NCBI GenBank assembly: GCA_964367025.1 | Contig: CAYIWE010000001.1 | Location: forward strand, 1-38,157 | Length of the DNA stretch: 38,157 bases | Source of the DNA: Candidatus Woesearchaeota archaeon | Lineage (GTDB): Archaea; Nanobdellota; Nanobdellia; SCGC-AAA011-G17; ARS1178 | Direction: 5' to 3' | Part shown: in pieces, positions 28,258 to 35,223 of the stretch | How the letters are laid out: each line of letters starts with the position of its first letter | Position numbering within the stretch: the first letter of the stretch is position 1 | Made by a program: the position numbers and the translations under genes | Notes under the pieces: generated by a model | The model's database searches: none | Told to the model about the DNA's origin: nothing | Seen by the model: the letters and a program-made list of their open reading frames with translations, nothing else

Positions 28258-28801
28258 TTTCTTGTTTTTCTAGATTCATTTCTTGAATTCCTTTTTCTAA
28301 TTTTTCAGTTAATTTTATTTTATCAAGTTTTGTTTTTAAATCGTCTTCACTAATGTCAAAATAATCGTAGAATTCTGGAGTTAATTTCAATAGTTTGGTT
28401 CTTGAGTGTTTTTCTGTTGTTATTAAATTTTGTTCTTTTAAGAAACTAATGTGGTCGTAAGCTTTATTGCCCCTTATGTGAATAATATCTGATTGTATGG
28501 CTGGATTTTTATAGGCTATTATTGCCAGTGTTTTTTGTATTTGTTTGTTGAATTCTGAAATTGAAAGTAATGATGATGTTAGATGTGTGTATTCTCTCTT
28601 TATGTTTAATTTAAATTTGCTGTCTTTTTCTTCTAAGGTTAAAGATGTATTCTTTAATTCATAATCTTTTTTTAGTTCTTCAAGTGCTTGTTTTATTATG
28701 CCTTTAGAAGCAATTCCGCAAGCTTCAGAAAGTTCATCAATTGACATAAATTTACCTACTGTAAAGAGTACTGCTTCTATTTTATTTTTATATTCTTGCA
28801 T
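28250..28801 (-). CDS. scpB: Segregation and condensation protein B (ScpB)
   Basis: IEAVLFTVGKFMSIDELSEA ... LAIIAYKNPAIQSDIIHIRG shows the tandem winged-helix pattern of ScpB. It overlaps ftsY by 8 nt. Confidence 0.78.
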   Translation of the reverse strand: MQEYKNKIEAVLFTVGKFMSIDELSEACGIASKGIIKQALEELKKDYELKNTSLTLEEKDSKFKLNIKREYTHLTSSLLSISEFNKQIQKTLAIIAYKNPAIQSDIIHIRGNKAYDHISFLKEQNLITTEKHSRTKLLKLTPEFYDYFDISEDDLKTKLDKIKLTEKLEKGIQEMNLEKQENV

Positions 28802-28834
28802 AATAAAATAAGATAGATTTTAAGTTTTTAAAGT

Positions 28835-31189
28835 TTATGATATCCTAAATCTTAAAATTGCTGCAATTCCGCCCAAATCCCTTAATTGAACGCCTTCTCT
28901 TGATTGAACAGAGATTATTTGTAAATGGGTGTGTGTTTGTTCTGCTAATTCTTCTAATTGATCTACTGAAGATTCTTCCACTGATTCAGAAATTAAGAGT
29001 GTATCTACTGCACCTAATTCCAATGCTTTTTTAACCTCTGTAATACCATAAGCTGTTTTTTCGGGTTCTTTTGAGAGTAATTCAAGAAATTTCCCCATTA
29101 TTTCTTTTTCCTGCATTATCTCTTCTTTTATTAACAAATCCCTGCTTTTCTCAACTAATTCCTGTAAACCAAACTCACCAGTGTAGGATAAATCAAAAAT
29201 ACCTATGATCTTTTCCTTTAATTGATTATTTATAGAGTGACCATCTACAAATTCATTTTTTGTTTGTCCGGGTCCACCCACTATTATTCCTTTTAACTCT
29301 TTCATTGGCAAGAATTCTTTATTTACAATTTCTCCAATCCTTTTATAGAATTCTTTTGCTGCTATTTCTCTTAATGATTCAAAACGTTTTGCTGAATTAT
29401 GGACAATTAGACCGTTTGCTATGAAGTTTTGGTTTTTTACTGAAATATCTACCATTTTTGTTAGTTTGTTTGTTATTTGAATGTCTTTAATTTTTACTGG
29501 AATCAATTGATATTGTAGAATTTTGCTTAATTTATTTTTTAGGTTTTTATTTGTTATTTTATCTAAAATTGATGTTTTAAATGCTTGTTTGCTTATTTTT
29601 CTTTTACCTTGTAAAAACATATTTGCTGTTAAGAAATCTCTATGGATAATATAACCTTCTTGTTCAAGAATTTTTCTTATTTCTGTTCCTAAAGGTATTA
29701 TCTGTCTATTAAAACTTTTATATTGTTTTTTTGATATTTCTTTTATTGCTAATTCTAATTTGTTTTTCTTTTTTGAGTATGTAAATCCTATTTTTTCATT
29801 GAAGATTTTTAAAGAATGTATATCTGAAACGTCTATGGAATATCTTATGTTGTTTGAATAGGGATTTCTTCTATTGTCATAGGTTAATAATGAAGACAGT
29901 ATTCCGAATCTTAATAATACAAATTGCAGTTGTTGTGCAAGTAATTTATTATTTACACCTAAACCTATTCTGTTTCTTGAAACATAACCCTCGGCATCAA
30001 AGAATCCTTTTAAGAATGTTGCAACTATTTTGTTTTTTGATTTTAAGATCTTAGAAGGCATTAAAGATTCTTTTGAAGTAGTAATTTCTGGAAATTCTTT
30101 TTTGAATAATTTAACTAATTCTCTTGAATATGTTCTTATAAGGTAATAATTTTTAGTTTTTCTAAATCTTAATGTTGTATTTATTTTTAAAGCTTTTATT
30201 ATTTTTTCTTGATAGTATTTTGCTATTTCTTTGTCTCTTTCATGAAAATTTAGTCTATCTATTTCATAAGAACCATCACCTAAAAAATAGCCAAGTATTT
30301 GAGCAATATCTTTAGGTAATATTTTATTTCCAAAATTTTGGTTTTCTCCTTTAATTTCTATTTTTTCTGGTATTAATAAATAATCCCCAATTTTTAATTC
30401 CTCTGCTGGTTTTTCTTTAATTATATCTTCTCTTACAAAGAACAAATGGTCTTTTGAAGTCTGAATTTCTGTTCTTGGGTGTTTTGTAATAATCTTGTAA
30501 ACTTGGGATTTTTTAGTTTCCCATTTATCTGTAATTGGAGAATCTTCTATTTGAAAATTTGAAAGGTCTGCTGTTTTTAGAATGTAAGGATTATGGGAAT
30601 CTTTTATTTGAATTATTTCTCCATTGTTTGCTTGTATCAAGGTATCTGGAATAATACACTGACCACCAGCGCGACTCTTTCCTGGAACACCAGAAGTTAG
30701 ATGCGCAATTTCATTTATTTGGGTTCCTTTTAATAAACCAACACACCCATCTCTTCTGTCCATAACAACCAAACCATAAAGTTGTTTGGATTCTATCATT
30801 TCAATTAATGGGTCAAGAACAAAAGTTTGATCACACCTGTAAATTCTAATTTTTAGTGGTTTTGGCGGTTCTATTGAAAAAACTTCGATGTGAACTTTAT
30901 TATCTGATTCCGAAATGTTTCCAGAAAACACTGCTAAACCGTTTTTGGGGGTTTTATCAACTAAACGCAAATGCCTAATCAATCTTTCTAGAGAATCAAT
31001 AACGTGTGTTCTTGTTGCTTTATCTTTTATGTTAGAGGCTGTTCCCTGTTCCTGTGCCAAATGATTTATAATTTTATTTAAATCGTAACCTTCAGGAATA
31101 TAAACAGAGACTAATTCAGTATGCCTTCCTCTAAAAGAAGATAATTCTTTTATGAATTTTTTAAATTTGTATTTTTCTTTTGAATCCAT
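28835..31189 (-). CDS. prf1: Peptide chain release factor aRF1, interrupted by an intein
   Basis: Extein motifs TASNIKD (NIKS region), YRCDQTF (YxCxxxF) and GKSRAGGQ|...|SAKRFESLR (GGQ). The combined extein is 177+186 aa. Confidence 0.9.
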   Translation of the reverse strand: MDSKEKYKFKKFIKELSSFRGRHTELVSVYIPEGYDLNKIINHLAQEQGTASNIKDKATRTHVIDSLERLIRHLRLVDKTPKNGLAVFSGNISESDNKVHIEVFSIEPPKPLKIRIYRCDQTFVLDPLIEMIESKQLYGLVVMDRRDGCVGLLKGTQINEIAHLTSGVPGKSRAGGQCIIPDTLIQANNGEIIQIKDSHNPYILKTADLSNFQIEDSPITDKWETKKSQVYKIITKHPRTEIQTSKDHLFFVREDIIKEKPAEELKIGDYLLIPEKIEIKGENQNFGNKILPKDIAQILGYFLGDGSYEIDRLNFHERDKEIAKYYQEKIIKALKINTTLRFRKTKNYYLIRTYSRELVKLFKKEFPEITTSKESLMPSKILKSKNKIVATFLKGFFDAEGYVSRNRIGLGVNNKLLAQQLQFVLLRFGILSSLLTYDNRRNPYSNNIRYSIDVSDIHSLKIFNEKIGFTYSKKKNKLELAIKEISKKQYKSFNRQIIPLGTEIRKILEQEGYIIHRDFLTANMFLQGKRKISKQAFKTSILDKITNKNLKNKLSKILQYQLIPVKIKDIQITNKLTKMVDISVKNQNFIANGLIVHNSAKRFESLREIAAKEFYKRIGEIVNKEFLPMKELKGIIVGGPGQTKNEFVDGHSINNQLKEKIIGIFDLSYTGEFGLQELVEKSRDLLIKEEIMQEKEIMGKFLELLSKEPEKTAYGITEVKKALELGAVDTLLISESVEESSVDQLEELAEQTHTHLQIISVQSREGVQLRDLGGIAAILRFRIS
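29396..30658 (-). mobile_element. 421-aa intein with a LAGLIDADG homing endonuclease domain, inserted after GGQ of aRF1
   Basis: Cys1 (CIIPDTLIQ) lies directly after GGQ. Block B is TSKDHLFFV. LAGLIDADG motifs are LGYFLGDGS and LKGFFDAEGYV. The C-terminal LIVHN is followed by Ser+1 (SAKRF). The codons were checked at 30658-30656 (TGT), 29398-29396 (AAT) and 29395-29393 (TCA). Confidence 0.85.
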
Positions 31190-31210
31190 TTTAAAAATAA
31201 AAAAGAAAGG

Positions 31211-31579
31211 TTAAGTCTTTGCTTTCTCTGGCAATTCAATTATTATCCTATGTTTATTTTCTGGGTGTATTAAAACCTCTTCCCCTTTTTTAAGATTTGT
31301 GAAATTTGCTATTTTTTTATTTATGGTTATTGCAATTGATGTCCCTACTCTGTTAATTTTTGTTTGTGCATCTAAACCCCATAAACCTTTCTTCTTTGCT
31401 ATTTCATCAATTTTATCTGAAGTTTCTTCATCAAAAACTTTTTCTCCACATTTTAGGCAAACTTCTGCCGGAAACTTACCTAATATTTCTCCATATAACT
31501 TAAACTCTACTTTCTTTTTTATTATTTTTCCTTTACATTCTTCACATATTCTTCTTTCCATTTTCATTACCTTAATCAA
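31211..31579 (-). CDS. Antitoxin candidate: YgiT/MqsA-type zinc ribbon fused to an AbrB/SpoVT-like domain
   Basis: The CEECKG ... CLKCGE four-Cys ribbon with the FPAEVC spacing is typical of YgiT-type fingers. The C-terminal VGTSIAITINKKIANFTNLKKGEEVLIHPE resembles an AbrB/MazE swapped hairpin. It overlaps the upstream gene by 8 nt. Confidence 0.62.
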   Translation of the reverse strand: MIKVMKMERRICEECKGKIIKKKVEFKLYGEILGKFPAEVCLKCGEKVFDEETSDKIDEIAKKKGLWGLDAQTKINRVGTSIAITINKKIANFTNLKKGEEVLIHPENKHRIIIELPEKAKT

Positions 31580-31781
31580 TAAAAATTGTTTTTATTTTAT
31601 ATAAATTTTTTCCAATTTTTTTATAAGCAACTTTTAAGTATGTATATGACGCTAAATAACCATCAGTTTGTTTAATTTTACTTCCTTGTGTTATTGCAAG
31701 TTTTATTAATTCTTTTGTTATAGCAAGTTCAGCCATCCTCGTTTTTGCATGTTCTGTTATTTTTAATCTGATCCCATCCAT
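31572..31781 (-). CDS. Toxin candidate, DUF4258-like small protein
   Basis: 69 aa. I recall the pattern ITEHAKTRMAELAITKELIKLAITQG ... IKTIF for DUF4258 toxins, which pair with YgiT-type zinc-finger antitoxins. The gene order is toxin first. Confidence 0.55.
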   Translation of the reverse strand: MDGIRLKITEHAKTRMAELAITKELIKLAITQGSKIKQTDGYLASYTYLKVAYKKIGKNLYKIKTIFID

Positions 31782-31819
31782 ACTTATCCATTATAATCAA
31801 TATTAATATATAAAACTTT

Positions 31820-34204
31820 CTATCTAACAAATTTTATTTCAAATTTTCCTTGTTTTATTTCTTCTGCTTTTACTGTTGATTTTAGGTCTTCTAAAGCTGG
31901 TTTAATTAAAGTAAACTCTTTTTTATCTAAAGTTAGGATTATTGGTTCTTTAAGGGATTTATTATTTTTAGATTTAAATTTTCTAACTTCTGTTGTTATT
32001 TCTATAAATTTATCACCAATTTTTTCTATGTTTTTGTCAATTTTTTCGTGTTTTGGCCATTCAGAAATATGAATGCTTTTTGTTTTTTCTTTTTTACTAA
32101 AATAGGATTGATAAATCTCTTCTGTTATGAAAGGAGTTATTGGGGCCATTAATTTTAGTATTGTTAATAGGGATGTATGAAGGGTGTATTGTGCTGATAA
32201 CTTTGCTTCTTTACCTTGTTTATTGGGGTTGTATAATCTATCCTTTATAATTTCGAGATAATAGTCACAAAAAGTGTTCCAGAAAAAGTTTTCTGTATCT
32301 AGTTTTGTTCTTACATATTCGTAATTTTCAAATGATTTAGTAGAGGTTTCTATTAATTTGTTTAATTTTAATAAAAGCCATTTATCCATCACTTCTAATT
32401 CTTTTGGTTTTTTTTGATTGTAATCTTCTAAGTGCATTAGTGTAAATTTAGAGGCATTCCATAGTTTTGTAACAAATTTTTTTCCAGTTACTAAATCTTT
32501 TTCTTGAAATGGCAAGTCTTCTCCTAATTTTGAACCTGCTGCCCAGAATCTTAATACATCTGCACCGTATTGTTGCAGTTTTTCCCTTGGTTCAACTACA
32601 TTGCCTTTTGACTTAGACATTTTTTTTCCTTTTGGATCTAGTGCCCAACCGCTTATTGAAACGTCTTTCCATGGATTTTTTTTATAGTGCAATTGAGATT
32701 TAACTAGTGTGTTAAAAAGCCAAAAAGTAATAATATCGTGTGCTTGCGGTCTTAGTGACATTGGAAATAGTTTTTTTTGAAGAGATTTATCTTTGATTAA
32801 TTCTATTGCTAATTGTGGTGTTAAAGAAGAGGTTGCCCAGGTATCTAAAACATCTTTTTCTGGAGTAAAGGTGTTGTTACCACAGGAACATTTTGTTTTT
32901 GGTTTATCAACTAAAGGGTCTACTGGCAAGTCTTTTATTTCTGCTAATTTAACTTTTTTACATTTATTACAATACCATACTGGGAAAGGAATTCCGAAAT
33001 ACCTCTGACGAGAGATACACCAATCCCATTTCAAACCCTTTATCCAGTTTTCGTATCTGCTAATAAAATGTTTTGGGTACCAGTTTAATTGTTTTCCTGC
33101 TTTTAGAAATTCTTCTTTTAAATCAAGGTATTTTATGAACCATTGATACGTCATTAAAATTTCTGTTTCTGTTTCGCATCTTTCATGAACATTAACTATA
33201 TGTGTTATTGGTTCTATTTTTTTAATTCTTCCTTCTTTTTTTAAATCTTCAATTATTTTTCTTCTTGCTTCTTTTGATTTTAGGCCTTTGTATTTTCCTG
33301 CTAATTCATTAAATGTTCCGTCTTTATTCATTATTTCAATCGGTTTTATTTTGAACTTTTCTATCCATTCTGCATCATCCATATCACCAAAAGTACAGTG
33401 ATAAACTGCACCAGAACCAAAATTCATATCTACATCTCTGTTTGAGTATATTTCAACTTCTCGGCTAAAAAAAGGTATTTTTGCTTTTTTCCCTATAAAT
33501 TCCTTGTACCTTTTATCTTCTGGGTGAACGTGTATTGCTACACACGCCGGCATTAACTCCGGTCTTGTTGTTGCTATTACAATTTGTTTATTTAATGAGG
33601 TATCAAAAGAAATGTAAACAAATTCTGATTCTGATTCTTTGTCTTTTAATTCTACTTGGGCTATTGCTGTTTGACATTCTGGACACCACATAAATGGTGT
33701 TTTTTTCCTGTATTCTCTCCCTTGATTATATAATTCAATAAAAGATCTTTGAGAAATTCTTCTTGAGTGTTCGTTTATTGTTGAGTAATAAATATCCCAA
33801 TCACAACTAATACCTAAATCCTTCCAGTCTTGGATGAAAATCGGAAGGTGTTTTTCTAAGTAATCCAAACATAATTTAATGAATTCTTCTCTTTTTAATT
33901 TTTGGGCTTTTACATTTTTTTCTCTTTCTACTAATCTTTCTGTTGGTAAACCATTATCATCTGTACCAAAAGGATAGAATATGTTTTTTTGATTCATTCT
34001 TTGGAATCTAACTATGAAATCCTGTTGTGAGTAGGAGAAAGCGTGACCCATGTGCATTTTACCAGAAACAGTTGGAGGGGGCGTGTCTATAGAATAAATT
34101 GGTTTCTTTGAGTTTTGATTAAATTTGTAGATTTTGTTTTTTTCCCAGTATTCTTTCCATTTTTTTTCTGATTCTTTGTGGTCGTAATTTTTTAGGTTTA
34201 TCAT
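31820..34204 (-). CDS. valS: Valyl-tRNA synthetase
   Basis: HIGH-type motif PTVSGKMHMGHAF, KMSKSKGN, the editing domain, and the CPECQT/CNKC zinc-like motifs of class Ia ValRS. Confidence 0.93.
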   Translation of the reverse strand: MINLKNYDHKESEKKWKEYWEKNKIYKFNQNSKKPIYSIDTPPPTVSGKMHMGHAFSYSQQDFIVRFQRMNQKNIFYPFGTDDNGLPTERLVEREKNVKAQKLKREEFIKLCLDYLEKHLPIFIQDWKDLGISCDWDIYYSTINEHSRRISQRSFIELYNQGREYRKKTPFMWCPECQTAIAQVELKDKESESEFVYISFDTSLNKQIVIATTRPELMPACVAIHVHPEDKRYKEFIGKKAKIPFFSREVEIYSNRDVDMNFGSGAVYHCTFGDMDDAEWIEKFKIKPIEIMNKDGTFNELAGKYKGLKSKEARRKIIEDLKKEGRIKKIEPITHIVNVHERCETETEILMTYQWFIKYLDLKEEFLKAGKQLNWYPKHFISRYENWIKGLKWDWCISRQRYFGIPFPVWYCNKCKKVKLAEIKDLPVDPLVDKPKTKCSCGNNTFTPEKDVLDTWATSSLTPQLAIELIKDKSLQKKLFPMSLRPQAHDIITFWLFNTLVKSQLHYKKNPWKDVSISGWALDPKGKKMSKSKGNVVEPREKLQQYGADVLRFWAAGSKLGEDLPFQEKDLVTGKKFVTKLWNASKFTLMHLEDYNQKKPKELEVMDKWLLLKLNKLIETSTKSFENYEYVRTKLDTENFFWNTFCDYYLEIIKDRLYNPNKQGKEAKLSAQYTLHTSLLTILKLMAPITPFITEEIYQSYFSKKEKTKSIHISEWPKHEKIDKNIEKIGDKFIEITTEVRKFKSKNNKSLKEPIILTLDKKEFTLIKPALEDLKSTVKAEEIKQGKFEIKFVR

Positions 34205-34287
34205 ATATCTCTATTTTGATTGGTGATTTTTAAATTTTTGGGTAATAAAAAGGTTTAAATAGGTTTTTTGGTTTTTTAGGTTTTAAT

Positions 34288-34477
34288 GGGTCGGTAGCTC
34301 AAAAATAAGAAGAATCTCTTCTATTTGGCAAAGCCTGGGAGAGCACTACGCTGAAGATGATCTCATTGGCATTCCTAATGTCAAAGAGGAAATTTGACAC
34401 GTAGGCGTCGTGGGTTCAAAAATAAGGGTTGCACCCTATCAACCCGCAACTTTTGTTAGAAAATCCCGCCCGACCCA
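34288..34477 (+). tRNA. tRNA-Phe(GAA) with three predicted introns (D-loop, canonical 37/38, T-loop)
   Basis: Acceptor stem GGGUCGG/CCGACCC with discriminator A73. D-arm GCUC-A[intron ~34302-34332]GCCUGGGA-GAGC. Anticodon arm CUACG-CUGAAG[intron ~34357-34398]A-CGUAG. Variable region GCGUC. T-arm GUGGG-UUCAAA[intron ~34421-34463]U-CCCGC. TATA-like TTTAAATA lies about 30 nt upstream. Confidence 0.74.
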
Positions 34478-34546
34478 GTTTCTTTTTGATTTCTTAACTA
34501 AATCATTATACTCTGTATTCTTATATTCTGTTAATACTTACATTTA

Positions 34547-34571
34547 ACGTTTTATTACTTATATAAAACGT
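34547..34571. promoter_or_regulatory. Perfect 9-bp inverted repeat ACGTTTTAT-N7-ATAAAACGT overlapping the TATA-like region upstream of 34600
   Basis: Seen directly in the sequence, 29-53 nt upstream of the ATG of the duplicated-HTH protein. It is a candidate operator. Confidence 0.35.
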
Positions 34572-34599
34572 AATATTTAAATAGTTTTACTTACATTCT

Positions 34600-35223
34600 A
34601 TGTATTATCATAGCGCTATGAAAACTAAGAAAGATAGTCTGGAGAGTAGAAAGAATGCTATTTCTTTCTATTCTAAACTATCTAAAAAAGAAAAAGAGCT
34701 TTTTAGAAAATGTGCAAACCTAATTCTTCCTGAAAAAAAAATACTTACATTCAATGATCTGATAGAATTTGAAAAAGTAAGAGAATCTTTATTACCAATA
34801 AAAGAAAAATATAGTTTAAGTTTAAATGAATTATTTTCTTTAGCTAAGGAACAGTTATTCTTACCTTCTAGTATTTTTAATGAGAAATTAACTGTTTTAG
34901 AATCTGTTGTCAAATATTTGAGAGAAGAAAAAAAATTCTCTTTAAAGAAAATTTCTGATTTAGTTGGAAGAGATCAAAGGAATATATGGTCTATTTATAA
35001 TAGTGCTAAGAAAAAATATTCTAAACTTTTTATTGTTAAAGATGTAAAATATTGGGTTCCTGTTTCAATTTTCTTAGATAAATTATCAGCTTTAGAATCT
35101 GTTGTTTTGTACCTAAAGGAAGAATTTTCACTTAATTATCACGATATCGCTCTTTTGTTGAAGAGAGATGATCGTACAATTTGGACTGTATATCAACGAG
35201 CTAGAAAGAAGAATGCAAAGTAG
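34600..35223 (+). CDS. DNA-binding protein candidate with an internally duplicated HTH-like module
   Basis: There are two repeats: LPSSIFNEKLTVLESVVKYLREEKKFSLKKISDLVGRDQRNIWSIYNSAKKKY and VPVSIFLDKLSALESVVLYLKEEFSLNYHDIALLLKRDDRTIWTVYQRARKK. The layout resembles sigma-70 region 4 or LuxR-type HTH. Confidence 0.55.
   Translation: MYYHSAMKTKKDSLESRKNAISFYSKLSKKEKELFRKCANLILPEKKILTFNDLIEFEKVRESLLPIKEKYSLSLNELFSLAKEQLFLPSSIFNEKLTVLESVVKYLREEKKFSLKKISDLVGRDQRNIWSIYNSAKKKYSKLFIVKDVKYWVPVSIFLDKLSALESVVLYLKEEFSLNYHDIALLLKRDDRTIWTVYQRARKKNAK

Noticed and set aside
27611-28273. 220-aa antisense ORF inside ftsY, plus similar antisense or out-of-frame ORFs (2164-2509, 3075-3368, 3857-4147, 4262-4474, 5774-5962, 7450-7837, 8263-8694, 8909-9319, 9912-10130, 15165-15362, 16052-16261, 16789-17049, 20737-20982, 23622-23948, 26440-26800, 27212-27508, 29854-30054, 31299-31604, 32793-33008, 34668-34913, 36592-36789, 36930-37118)
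   Set aside because: All lie within or opposite confidently assigned genes. They have low-complexity Phe/Ser/Leu/Ile-rich translations typical of the antisense of AT-rich, Lys/Glu-rich genes, and no recognisable motifs.
31020-31040. NIKS motif of aRF1 reads NIKD, a possible hint of altered stop-codon recognition
   Set aside because: TAA, TAG and TGA all appear as gene ends in this window, for example TAA at 1401-1403, TAG at 5343-5345 and TGA at 3014-3016 (minus strand). No in-frame stops interrupt conserved genes, and the YxCxxxF motif is intact.
34357-34398. C/D-box sRNA embedded in tRNA introns (AUGAUC in the Phe intron; CUGA near the end of the Ser T-loop intron at about 9437-9434)
   Set aside because: No complete C (RUGAUGA) plus D (CUGA) box pair with terminal stem could be found in any intron.
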